Positions 18,720 through 28,539 of a DNA stretch of 64,000 nucleotides are shown piece by piece (positions within the stretch are counted from its first letter, which is position 1; each line of letters starts with the position of its first letter). The stretch is from the NCBI GenBank assembly GCA_963832745.1, contig CAWHVC010000002.1, forward strand, positions 224,001-288,000, written 5' to 3'. The notes below the pieces were generated by a model. That model was given only the letters and a program-made list of their open reading frames with translations. It was not told where the DNA came from and ran no database searches. Origin of the DNA: Candidatus Bathyarchaeota archaeon (GTDB taxonomy: Archaea > Thermoproteota > Bathyarchaeia > Bathyarchaeales > Bathycorpusculaceae). The translations under genes were made by a program, and so were the position numbers.

Positions 18720-21401
18720 GTGCAACTAATCGGGTTAGGTTCAGCAGGAACCAACATTGTAGAAGCATTCATGAACAATAAAAAAACAATGGACCTCATG
18801 CAAAATGAGTTAACCCGCCTCTCTCTTTTGGCAATAGACATCGCTGACCCCGAAATCCGTGCTCTACAGGAAACAAGCGAAAAAATCACCAAACAAATGA
18901 TTAAAGCCGGCATTCCAGCTGAAAGAATGCGCCTAATTGCGCAATCAGTAAAGTTTCCAACGGCAGAAGCAATGTTTGACTTCATCAACCAAAAATACAA
19001 CGAGTACTTGGTCGGTGAAGGCGCAAAACTAACTGATTTTATTCCATGGTTGCAATCCACTATGGCAATTCCGCCGATGGCCGGCGGAGCTGGACGCAGA
19101 CGCGCACTTGCCAAAGCAATCTACGCCCTGAACTATTATCAACTTGGCATCATAAGAAGCTCAATTAACGCCTTTAAAGAACAAGCTCTCTCATCAATTC
19201 TCACACCAACAGTCATTCTGGTTTACGGTTTAGGCGGCGGAACCGGAAGCGGCATCTTCTTTGACTTTGCAAGACACCTAAGAAAAGTTCTAGGCTCAGG
19301 AGTACCAATCATAGCTTTCGTGGTTACCCCATGTGGCGGTGACGATCCACCAGCAAAGGGTTGTAGCGCATTTACCTCCATGAATGAACTTGCATTGCTA
19401 CTAAACAAGGATTACAATGAAGTTGTAACCAAAGAGTTCGGTGATGTATACCGCAACCCATTAAACGCGTTAATCTACTTGCCACTGCTTCCAGCATTCT
19501 CTAAAATCGGCAACATACTAACAGCCCGAAGAGAAATGGACGAAATGGTTGTAGATATGCTGTATATGCTTATGGATTTTGACTTAGCAGACTTAATGGG
19601 TGGAATAGGCACCGAAGTGGGATTAACCTCCAATTCAGCTCACACACTGGGACTGCAGAAAGTTGTCTACCCTGTTGATGATTATATCGCCGCTTTCAAA
19701 ATCAATTTTGAAGCCCTTCAAATGCTTCAGGAACACCGCAAAGAAAAACTTGAAATCCTTGACGACATTAACTGCATAATCAAAGTTAACTCGGATGTTG
19801 CAAGAAATCATCTCAAGAATTACCTGATTAAAACAGGCACATTTAACGAGGATCAGTTTGAGGATAAAGTTAAAACCATAATAAACAGCAACCCGCGCCT
19901 TGAGGACGACGTTGCCCTGCACGTTAAAGGCATCGAAATTCAAGTTAAAAATTGGATAGCAGAATTAACAAGGTTCCTTTCAACGGTTAAATTCGTGGGC
20001 AAAACTGGACCTATTGAAGAATCAATAATCAACTTGATCATCAAAAAAGATGGTCAAAGAAAAATTGACAACCTTGAAGCCCTATTGACTAACCTAACCA
20101 AGACGCACCTTGAATTTTCTGAACGCAAAGAAGCCATAGTTGAACGCTTACGACAGCTTATACCCAGTTCACAAGTCTTCACTGTACGTCAAAAGAAAAT
20201 TTTAGACGACTACGTGATGATTGCTGAAATAGCTGAAAAAGCGTTAGACGTACTGAAATTCTATGATGAAACCAGATACTTAACAGACGCTCTTGTCCGT
20301 TACTATGAAGCGCTTCCGGAATGCCAATGCGAAAGAGACGAACTCTGTGGAATCCAGTCTGAACTGGCAACTTTGTACCTGATGGTTCAGTTGATGCTGC
20401 GTACGCCTCAAGACGAAGCAAAAATGGTTGATGAACACTTAGCCTACATTAACGGTGTCATGGCAAAACGTTTGGAGAAAAGAGGCGTCGCTGACAACGA
20501 GGTTATGCGTATACAAGAGTCAAAGAAACGTAAAGAATTCGACAAATCCAAAATGGAGCTGCAGGTCCGAAAAGTTTTCGGTTCTAAACGTTATGCCCGC
20601 GAGCAACTTTTAGATATAGACCGTAGTCTTAAACGTGTTGAGCAAGAAGAATCCTTTGCGTTGGAAACTCTTGAGCAGCTTGACAGTACTATCCGCCGTT
20701 ACGAGAAACTGGCTAAAAAGATAGAGTTAACCTCGAGTTACCGTAAACGTTTAGCTAAAATCGTTGACTTACAAGACGATTATGATGAACGTTTGGCTGC
20801 AATTGTTAAACCTAAACGGTACTTTGAGAGAAACGCTGAATTAACTGAGCAAGAGCAACGCAAGATTCTCTTCAAAATCGTAACTGAACAAGAAGACACC
20901 TTAACCCGTGATGTAATCTTCAGAGACATCCTTGACATGGACCACTTCAAAGACTACATAAAAAGCGTAGTCCGAGCATTCAAAACACCAAGCATAATGG
21001 GTTACAAACCATCATACAAAACCGACTACATCTGGGTAACCGTTTCCACGCCGCCAAACATGTGGACTGAAGATATGAGCCAAGAAGTCTACACTTCACT
21101 TGCAGGCTACGTAACAAGCGAAGTTTCAAGAACCATCACCGTGCGCCTAATCGATTCACGTGAACCTTGGACAACAAGCATTCTTGTGGTCGGGGGAAGA
21201 GGCAGACCCGAAGACATGGAAGCATTCGACGAAATGCAGTTACTCTACAGCAAATCAAACGATTTCGAAAGACACCTATCACGCAGCTACTTACTAGAAC
21301 ACGGCGTTAACGCAACAAAAATTGTTAAACAAATTAACGCCCAAAACGGTATGGTTGCAAACTTAAACGGCAACGGCAAAACAGCAGATAAGAAAGCCTA
21401 A
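18720..21401 (+). CDS. Tubulin/FtsZ-like GTPase with a long coiled-coil insertion
   Basis: LIGLGSAGTNIV, GGAGRRR, signature GLGGGTGSG, several hundred aa of helical sequence, C-terminal tubulin-like strands. Confidence 0.85.
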   Translation: MQLIGLGSAGTNIVEAFMNNKKTMDLMQNELTRLSLLAIDIADPEIRALQETSEKITKQMIKAGIPAERMRLIAQSVKFPTAEAMFDFINQKYNEYLVGEGAKLTDFIPWLQSTMAIPPMAGGAGRRRALAKAIYALNYYQLGIIRSSINAFKEQALSSILTPTVILVYGLGGGTGSGIFFDFARHLRKVLGSGVPIIAFVVTPCGGDDPPAKGCSAFTSMNELALLLNKDYNEVVTKEFGDVYRNPLNALIYLPLLPAFSKIGNILTARREMDEMVVDMLYMLMDFDLADLMGGIGTEVGLTSNSAHTLGLQKVVYPVDDYIAAFKINFEALQMLQEHRKEKLEILDDINCIIKVNSDVARNHLKNYLIKTGTFNEDQFEDKVKTIINSNPRLEDDVALHVKGIEIQVKNWIAELTRFLSTVKFVGKTGPIEESIINLIIKKDGQRKIDNLEALLTNLTKTHLEFSERKEAIVERLRQLIPSSQVFTVRQKKILDDYVMIAEIAEKALDVLKFYDETRYLTDALVRYYEALPECQCERDELCGIQSELATLYLMVQLMLRTPQDEAKMVDEHLAYINGVMAKRLEKRGVADNEVMRIQESKKRKEFDKSKMELQVRKVFGSKRYAREQLLDIDRSLKRVEQEESFALETLEQLDSTIRRYEKLAKKIELTSSYRKRLAKIVDLQDDYDERLAAIVKPKRYFERNAELTEQEQRKILFKIVTEQEDTLTRDVIFRDILDMDHFKDYIKSVVRAFKTPSIMGYKPSYKTDYIWVTVSTPPNMWTEDMSQEVYTSLAGYVTSEVSRTITVRLIDSREPWTTSILVVGGRGRPEDMEAFDEMQLLYSKSNDFERHLSRSYLLEHGVNATKIVKQINAQNGMVANLNGNGKTADKKA

Positions 21402-21425
21402 GCTTTCTTTCCCATTTTATATTTT

Positions 21426-23366
21426 TTAGCTTGTTAATTTTTTAACTATTTCTTTCCATTCATCTTCTTGTATAAAACCGTTTTTGACTGCTCGGTTCTT
21501 CATGGTGTTAACTTTCTTTTCAATGGTGCTGAACATTTTTGTGGTGTTAAAGCCGCCGATAAATAATGCGATGTCTATGCGGTCGCTGTTGTCTTCAACG
21601 TATACTGGTTCTGCGACATGGATGGATTTGAGGGTGGCTTTGTCTTTAAACCAGTTGGCTGCAGCCATTTCGATTTTTCCACGGGGTACTTTTTCTTTAA
21701 GATTATACGGCACTCTTGCCAGTATATACAGTAATTCAGCACTTGATATGTCAAATGACAGGAACTGTTTGAATAGCATCGTGTCTAAGATGTTTTCGAT
21801 TGACCCGTAAACTCGTAGGCTTGCGCCTGTGCCAAACATGAGCGTGAAGATTGGTGAATCAAAGGTTTTGGTTAATTCACTAAATTCGTCAACGAACGCT
21901 TCTTTTGACAGCATCAAGTCAACAAGGTAATTGACTGCCGCTGTACCTTTTATCATGTTGCCTTTTCGGTCTACTCCCAAATAGTTTTCTATGCTATCTC
22001 TGTCTAAAAGCACAACAGGAGTTGAACCGTGCAGAGTGCATTTTCCTATGGCTGCAAAAGCGTTAAACTGACTCTCCAACGACTGGACTTTTGAAGGAAA
22101 CAGGGCTAAAGCGGCACAGTTTATTTTGCGTTCGTTAAGCTCTGCGATCATTGTGGGTAATAATGCGCTGCCGACTCCATCCCAGATTGATGCAACAATA
22201 AGGCTTCTTCGTAGTTGATTGATTGGTTTGTTTTGTAATCGTGACAAAAATGGGCTATCCTTTGACACGTTTGGCAGTATGTTAAACCAGAAGTGAGCAT
22301 CTAACTCAGCGTCTAACCCTACAATAAAGTCTGGGTTAACACGGTTTTTGCTCTCTTTTATTATGTCTTGACTGGATTTATCTATAAACAGTGGCAATAC
22401 GCCGTCAGGTTTACTTGCAAAACGACTCTTCAACAGTAGATGAACTGGGTATTCACCGATTGACAAAACCGCTTTTTCTGGAAACCTTGAAGTGTCATCT
22501 TTGGTGAATTTGCCAATTTGAACGATTCCATCAAAAAATGGCGCCTGCGAATTAATTAGCTCTGCACCCTCAGAAGCTGGAACCTGCAAATCCACAACAG
22601 GCTTAACGGTTTCATCAAGGATCACAACTGATTCAGCAATCACCTGCGTTTGTGTTTCTGCTTCCTTCAAAGCCAAATCATGTAACACAGGCTCTTGCTC
22701 TACTGGAGCTTCCGACAAGTTTGCAGGCAAAGCATCTTGTAAGTCAACTTGAATATCTGAATTTTCTGTTTGATTAATCGGTAAACTTGTTTCAACGAGT
22801 TTAGGTTTTGCCTTTTTGTCTCTTCGTAGAAAACCAAAGAGTCCTTTTTTCTTTGGTTTCGCTTCTTCCACTGGCTTAGGTTCAACCATCAACTCATTTG
22901 TCTCTTCATAAATGTTATCAGCCACGACAGGTTCAATCTGTTGAGGCTCATCCTCAATGGGTTGCACCTGTTCAGCAATGTTCACCTCAACGGTCTGTGT
23001 TTCTTCTGGTTTTTCAACCATTGGCGGTTCTGTTTCGGCAGTTACCGTTAGCTCCTCAACAGCCTCAACTGGCGCTTGCGTTTCGGCTGCTGGCTCGACA
23101 TTTTCGGTTTTGATTTCTTCAACCGTTGGCACTTCAACTGGTAGAGGGACGTTTGGCATCTCGCTTTTGATTTCTTGCGGGGGCATCTCTTTTTTGGGGG
23201 CAGACTCCTTTTTCTTCGATTGGCCAAATCCAAAACGGCTTTTCTTTTTAAGCCTGCGATTTACATTCTCAAAATAATCATCAGTACTCTTGTTTTCTGA
23301 CGATTTTTCGTTTTCTTTTTGCGAATCTACGTTACTACTGTTTGGCTGTTCGCTCTCAGATGCCAT
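21426..23366 (-). CDS. Divergent tubulin/FtsZ-like protein with an acidic disordered N-terminus
   Basis: About 290 aa rich in E/P/V, then SIWDGVGSALLP (degenerate signature), ALFPSK, NAFAAIG, VLLDRD, DIALFIGG. Confidence 0.65.
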   Translation of the reverse strand: MASESEQPNSSNVDSQKENEKSSENKSTDDYFENVNRRLKKKSRFGFGQSKKKESAPKKEMPPQEIKSEMPNVPLPVEVPTVEEIKTENVEPAAETQAPVEAVEELTVTAETEPPMVEKPEETQTVEVNIAEQVQPIEDEPQQIEPVVADNIYEETNELMVEPKPVEEAKPKKKGLFGFLRRDKKAKPKLVETSLPINQTENSDIQVDLQDALPANLSEAPVEQEPVLHDLALKEAETQTQVIAESVVILDETVKPVVDLQVPASEGAELINSQAPFFDGIVQIGKFTKDDTSRFPEKAVLSIGEYPVHLLLKSRFASKPDGVLPLFIDKSSQDIIKESKNRVNPDFIVGLDAELDAHFWFNILPNVSKDSPFLSRLQNKPINQLRRSLIVASIWDGVGSALLPTMIAELNERKINCAALALFPSKVQSLESQFNAFAAIGKCTLHGSTPVVLLDRDSIENYLGVDRKGNMIKGTAAVNYLVDLMLSKEAFVDEFSELTKTFDSPIFTLMFGTGASLRVYGSIENILDTMLFKQFLSFDISSAELLYILARVPYNLKEKVPRGKIEMAAANWFKDKATLKSIHVAEPVYVEDNSDRIDIALFIGGFNTTKMFSTIEKKVNTMKNRAVKNGFIQEDEWKEIVKKLTS

Positions 23367-23422
23367 GTTTTCTCGATAAGCTTAAGAATGCTTTAGCAAA
23401 ATAAGGTTTTAGGTATTATCAC

Positions 23423-25828
23423 TTGAAAAGAGTAAAGGGTTCAGTTGGCAAGGTTCCAAAGGTTTCCAAGTTTACAGGTTGGGTCAGCAACCGAAGACAG
23501 AAAGGTAAAGAAAAAGAAAAAATCGAACGCACAAAGGAAACAATGCAGCTAAAACTGCTTACGTTTGTTTTTACGTTTGCAGCTATGGGTTTAGCGCTCT
23601 CAGTTATTCCGTTGTTTCCTCAACCGTTGCCGTTGCTTTTAGCGGCGTTGATAGCGTTTGTAAGTTTTAAATCACCACGAATCGGCATTCCAGCAGGAAC
23701 CACTCTTATTGGACTTGGCTTAATTTATCACCTTTCAGAAATAAACTTTATAGCGTTAATTGGTGAAGTGCCAAACCGCGTAGTTTTCACCGTAATTTGG
23801 ATGGCGCTTTTTGTTGTCCCGCCCATATTTTTCCATCGTCACAAAACAGCAATCGCAATTGATTTGGGCATAATTGCGGCCATGGTACTGTTTTATGCGC
23901 CCATTTACTATTTGGCAATCCCTATAATTTTGACTTCAGCGGTTTTCTTTAAGAAAAGTGCCGCGACAACCCTTCTGTATTACGTTTTAATTGCTTTGCC
24001 TCTGCAAGTAGTTCAATACTTCAACTATATCAAGGCAATTCCACAGCAGGAATGGTGGATTGTGCCCGGCTCTAGTCCGCCAGTTATGGTTCCGTTAGAC
24101 GGACTTCTTAAAGGGCTTCAAAGCTCGATGACTCAGTTTAGGCTTTTTGATACTGCCCAATTTGTTAACGTTGTTTATTCGCAATTTACCATATTTCCTG
24201 ATGTGTTGGGAAAAACTTTGAGGTCAGCTTTTGTGCAATATTTAGATTCGTTCCCCGGCATTTTTATGTTCATAATAATTATTGCCGGCATAGTTTTAGC
24301 GTTTGTTTTCTTCGCAAGAGTTTTCATCCAAGAAGCTAACATGCCCTATGGTGACCAGTTACTTGCGCCAGTTACAGCGATAATCACAACCGCTTTGTTC
24401 TTTATCCTGTTGAATGTTCTGCAAGAACCTTTAGCTTTTACCGCTAACATTGACGCCGGCACCATTCTTTTTGCTACCCTTGCCACAGCCGCGTTTACGT
24501 TGCCTCTATCATTTTTGACTACTGCACCAAAAATAACCGCTACAGGCGAAATGATTATTGCCAAAGCAAACGAGCTTAAAGCTGAACTAAAAGACTTCAA
24601 AACCAGCTTAGACACGGTAAAAGAATCCATTCCAGTAAACGTTAGCTCCCCCGAAGGAAAAATGTTAATCCTCTATGACAAACTAAACGATATCCTAAAC
24701 AAATCATCATCCGCCTTCTTTGCAGAAGAAGACTTAGACCGCATATACACCGATCTAAGCAAAAACACAAGCCAAGAAATCAAGAACCTCTCAGAGGAAC
24801 TTAACCAGATTCTTGGTGAGTACCAGATTTTTGTTAATGGCGAATACTCCGACTGGTCAGGCAAGCTAAAACAGGCAGGACTAAAAATCAGCAACAACAT
24901 AAGAATTAGTCCTCAAAAGGAAATGCCCCTGCAAGAACGGATTAAAAGCATTCAAGCAGTCCTTATTGAAAGCAGAAACATGGCAAACGATGTAATCAAC
25001 ACTGCTGAGCCAATCTACAACATTATCCGTGCACTTTACGATCCTGACCTGCCAGAGGATTGCCAAGTTGTAGATTTTGCAAGAGAAAAACTGCACAACA
25101 AAGCACCCTTCCATGCTATAAGCGGTTTGTACAGTGGCCTTATGAATTGGCGTAAGCAGTACAGCAAACAAGTTGAGCAGTCAATTGAGCAGCTTAACAA
25201 GTCGTTATTCTCAATTATTGAATTGGGAAAATCACCTGACAGTTTAGCAATTATTTTCGGCGACAAGTTGCCAATGATTCTTGCTGGCGCTAAACGTGCA
25301 GAAAGTATCAGGAAAACCAGCGAAACAACCCGGTTAAGTGTTCTTAACCTTATCACGCTTCGGGAAATGCTTGAAAGCTTTATTGAAACCTCAAAGGATG
25401 TCCTTTCGGTACTGTACGAGGAAATTAAGGATAAAGAGCAAACTATCGAAGACTTAACCCCTGCTGAGGATACGCTTTGGGAGAAAAACGCCACCTTACG
25501 CGAACGAATGACAGCCGCTATGCAGGAACTCTACAACCCTAAGACTCCACTTGACCAAATCATGGTGCATCTTCCCAAATATTTAGACTACATCGACGAA
25601 GCAGTACAAACACTTGTTGCATATAACGACCGAAAGGAACTCCTGTTAAACTATCCAATGGCAGAAACAGCGATTCTTGAACAACTCAAAATCAAAACCA
25701 AACTAACGCCACAGGACCTGCCGTTCCAACACAAGTATGCTCAAGAATACCTGCGGTTGTTCTACATGCAACGGTTCAGCCAGTACAGTTTTGACCGCCA
25801 AAACGCTTGGTTAATGAAAAAGGAGTAA
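23423..25828 (+). CDS. Polytopic membrane protein with a large helical C-terminal region
   Basis: About 9-10 TMs in the first 370 aa, then ~430 aa of helical sequence. Confidence 0.8.
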   Translation: MKRVKGSVGKVPKVSKFTGWVSNRRQKGKEKEKIERTKETMQLKLLTFVFTFAAMGLALSVIPLFPQPLPLLLAALIAFVSFKSPRIGIPAGTTLIGLGLIYHLSEINFIALIGEVPNRVVFTVIWMALFVVPPIFFHRHKTAIAIDLGIIAAMVLFYAPIYYLAIPIILTSAVFFKKSAATTLLYYVLIALPLQVVQYFNYIKAIPQQEWWIVPGSSPPVMVPLDGLLKGLQSSMTQFRLFDTAQFVNVVYSQFTIFPDVLGKTLRSAFVQYLDSFPGIFMFIIIIAGIVLAFVFFARVFIQEANMPYGDQLLAPVTAIITTALFFILLNVLQEPLAFTANIDAGTILFATLATAAFTLPLSFLTTAPKITATGEMIIAKANELKAELKDFKTSLDTVKESIPVNVSSPEGKMLILYDKLNDILNKSSSAFFAEEDLDRIYTDLSKNTSQEIKNLSEELNQILGEYQIFVNGEYSDWSGKLKQAGLKISNNIRISPQKEMPLQERIKSIQAVLIESRNMANDVINTAEPIYNIIRALYDPDLPEDCQVVDFAREKLHNKAPFHAISGLYSGLMNWRKQYSKQVEQSIEQLNKSLFSIIELGKSPDSLAIIFGDKLPMILAGAKRAESIRKTSETTRLSVLNLITLREMLESFIETSKDVLSVLYEEIKDKEQTIEDLTPAEDTLWEKNATLRERMTAAMQELYNPKTPLDQIMVHLPKYLDYIDEAVQTLVAYNDRKELLLNYPMAETAILEQLKIKTKLTPQDLPFQHKYAQEYLRLFYMQRFSQYSFDRQNAWLMKKE

Positions 25829-25851
25829 CCCTCCATTTTTGAGGGCACTTT

Positions 25852-26145
25852 TTATTCTTTACATTGTCTTAGGTCTTTGATTTCAACTTGGGATTTGTTA
25901 AGGATAGCCGTGTCACTTATCGAGCTAATAGTTGAGACAGGCAGACAAACCATAACTTTACCCATAAACGGCTGCTTCAAGTTAAGCAAAGCAGCTGCTT
26001 GATCAGTTAAGTTAACATAAAAGTTGGTTATCTGCCAAGTTTTTTGGTCCAGTTCTGCACTTTGAGTTTCTCCAAGTAGAAAACCGTCTGAAGTATACAC
26101 TTTTTTCCAAAAAAGCCTACTAATTTCAACCATAAAAATCGCCAT
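25852..26145 (-). CDS. PRC-barrel domain protein
   Basis: LFWKKVYTSDGFLLGE...WQIT...LPVSTISSISDTAIL. Confidence 0.8.
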   Translation of the reverse strand: MAIFMVEISRLFWKKVYTSDGFLLGETQSAELDQKTWQITNFYVNLTDQAAALLNLKQPFMGKVMVCLPVSTISSISDTAILNKSQVEIKDLRQCKE

Positions 26146-26261
26146 AAAAGCTGTTACTTACTTCTTCGTTAAGCGGTTATATTTATTTTGCGTTGTTGGC
26201 TGTTGAGCGTTTGTAAAATTCTTTTTTACCTTCAAGATACACTTTTGTTTGGTGAATTATT

Positions 26262-26639
26262 TTGGTTGCACCTAATGAAATTAAAGAGTTAACTCCTGAA
26301 GAAAAATCAGTTATAGAGGACAAAGGCACTGAAACTCCCTTCACAGGTAAATATTACGCTTTCTGGGAAAAAGGAACCTACGTTTGCCGACGCTGCCGTT
26401 CTCCGCTGTATCGGTCTGAGAACAAGTTTGAAGCAGGATGCGGCTGGCCAAGCTTTGACCAAGAAATCCCAGGTGCAGTAAAACGCTTGCCCGACCCAGA
26501 CGGAAGACGGATAGAAATACAATGCGCACACTGTGGTGCTCATTTGGGACATGTTTTCACAGGTGAACATTTTACTGAGAAAAATACTCGGCACTGCGTG
26601 AACAGTATATCTATGGAGTTTGTTCCAGACCCAAAATAA
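26262..26639 (+). CDS. msrB: Methionine-R-sulfoxide reductase
   Basis: GTETPFTG, two CxxC, GCGWPSF, HLGHVF, RHCVNS. Confidence 0.95.
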   Translation: MVAPNEIKELTPEEKSVIEDKGTETPFTGKYYAFWEKGTYVCRRCRSPLYRSENKFEAGCGWPSFDQEIPGAVKRLPDPDGRRIEIQCAHCGAHLGHVFTGEHFTEKNTRHCVNSISMEFVPDPK

Positions 26640-26706
26640 TCAAGCCTTTGCTTTATAGAAAGAGTTATAGGCACACTTTAAGGCAGAATAGTATTGAGAA
26701 CGCTTT

Positions 26707-27525
26707 ATGTCTACAGTTGAACCCACCCTTACGTCTTCCCCTACGGCGGCCAGCAACATCATGGGGTTGGATATCACTTTAAGCCAAATTATTTGGTTAG
26801 TGCTAATTGCTGTAATCGCTATAGCTTTAGAACGGTTAATAACACGGTACCTGTCAGGTTTCGCTAAAAGGGCTAGACTTGAAGCGAATGCTGCAAACAA
26901 TTTAACCCTAACTTTTCGCATTCTCATTTTAGTCGGAGCTTTACTTGCTATAACCGAAATTGGCGGTTTCCCCGCAGACCTGCTCATATCTATTTCAGCT
27001 ATCAGCGGTGCAGCGGTAGGTTTTGCTTCTCAAAAAACCATAGGCAACTTTGTTGCAGGACTTTTTCTGCTTTCAGCCCGACCCTTCAAAGTAGGCGATT
27101 ACGTAAAAATCGGAACAGTAGAAGGCATAGCCCAAGAAATCACCCTAAACTACGCCAAAATATTAACCGCAGGCAACAGCGTCGTCGCAATAAGCAACCT
27201 CCAAATGCTCGACCAGAACATAACCAACTACCTTAATGTAAGCAAAACAAAAGGCAGCCTTTACTGTTACACGTTTGAAATTGGTTTTGACCATTCAGTT
27301 TCAACACACAAGATAATGGAAATCTTTAACACAATATTTGACCACTATGAACGTATCTTGCCGAAACGACCTTTCTGTGTCTTAACACGTTCAAGTGCTT
27401 TAGAAAGAGTTTATACAGTTTACTTCTATGTGGAGCAGGCAGGTGACATATTCACGATAAGGCCCCAGATTGCCGATGAAGTCTTCAAACGTTGGGATGA
27501 AGAAAGAGCAAAACTAAAGAAATAA
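26707..27525 (+). CDS. mscS: Small-conductance mechanosensitive channel family protein
   Basis: Three TMs, VGFASQKTIGNFVAGL..RPFKVGDYV. Confidence 0.85.
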   Translation: MSTVEPTLTSSPTAASNIMGLDITLSQIIWLVLIAVIAIALERLITRYLSGFAKRARLEANAANNLTLTFRILILVGALLAITEIGGFPADLLISISAISGAAVGFASQKTIGNFVAGLFLLSARPFKVGDYVKIGTVEGIAQEITLNYAKILTAGNSVVAISNLQMLDQNITNYLNVSKTKGSLYCYTFEIGFDHSVSTHKIMEIFNTIFDHYERILPKRPFCVLTRSSALERVYTVYFYVEQAGDIFTIRPQIADEVFKRWDEERAKLKK

Positions 27526-27549
27526 TTACTGTATCTCTCAAATAGTTTA

Positions 27550-27891
27550 ATGGCACATTTTATGGATAACCAAAATCAGCTTGAAGCCCAAGCAAATAAC
27601 CTGTCTAGTCTAATCAGTTATCAAGAAGGTGCAGTTGTAAGCAGAACAGTCATCGATAAGACAGCTGGAACCGTCACGCTTTTTGCTTTTGACCAAAAAC
27701 AGGGCTTAAGCGAGCACACGGCACCATTTGACGCCATGGTAATCATTTTAGAAGGCACGGCAGAGGTCACCATTGCAGGCAAACCCGTCACGTTAAAACA
27801 GGGCGAAACAACCATAATGCCCGCAAACAAACCACACGCTCTCACAGCGGTAACCCGATTCAAAATGCTCCTAATCATGATTAAAGCCTAA
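27550..27891 (+). CDS. Cupin domain protein
   Basis: LFAFDQKQGLSEHTAPFDA, MPANKPHAL. Confidence 0.9.
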   Translation: MAHFMDNQNQLEAQANNLSSLISYQEGAVVSRTVIDKTAGTVTLFAFDQKQGLSEHTAPFDAMVIILEGTAEVTIAGKPVTLKQGETTIMPANKPHALTAVTRFKMLLIMIKA

Positions 27892-28499
27892 AACGGCTTA
27901 TCCCAACAATCCCGAAAACAAAACTCTTTGACACTTTTCTTTTCTTGGTCAACTGGTTTCTCATCAGGGTATCCCATTAAAATTATTGCTTGAGGCTCAA
28001 CCGCTTCGGGAACACTCAAAACTTTCCTGACGGCTTCTTTGCAGAACATTGGCGCAGAAAACCAGCATGCCCCCAAACCGTTTCCGCTGGCAGAAAGCAA
28101 CAAGTTCTCTATTGCTGCGCCCAAGCTTTGAACCGCCAAATCCCTCTCAGCCGACATGCCTTTCTCATCAGAATACCGCCTCATACCTTCAAGGGTTAAG
28201 CATGCAACAACAAGAACAGGCGCCTTGCTGAAACGGTGAATGCTAAAATCAATCTGCGACTGCTCAACCATAACGCCGTCTTTGGCGCAATCAGAAACCC
28301 AAGCAACTGCCATAGCCTCAGCCAAAACCCGCTTAACCGCCAAGTCAGAAACAACAATGAAACGCCAAGGCTGAGCATTATGCGCCGAGGGTGCCCAACC
28401 TGCAGCTTCTAAAGCCTCTAAAACAAGCGTGTCCGGTATAGGTTGACTTGTGTATTTGCGGATGCTCCGCCGTTGCTTAAGCAAGTCTTTGATTGACAT
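27888..28499 (-). CDS. Nitroreductase family protein (FbiB C-terminal-like)
   Basis: RRSIRKY, APSAHNAQPWRF, GLGACW, MGYP. Confidence 0.9.
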   Translation of the reverse strand: MSIKDLLKQRRSIRKYTSQPIPDTLVLEALEAAGWAPSAHNAQPWRFIVVSDLAVKRVLAEAMAVAWVSDCAKDGVMVEQSQIDFSIHRFSKAPVLVVACLTLEGMRRYSDEKGMSAERDLAVQSLGAAIENLLLSASGNGLGACWFSAPMFCKEAVRKVLSVPEAVEPQAIILMGYPDEKPVDQEKKSVKEFCFRDCWDKPF

Positions 28500-28539
28500 A
28501 AAAGAAAGAATGTAAGTTTGGGTTTTTATTGTTTACAAG

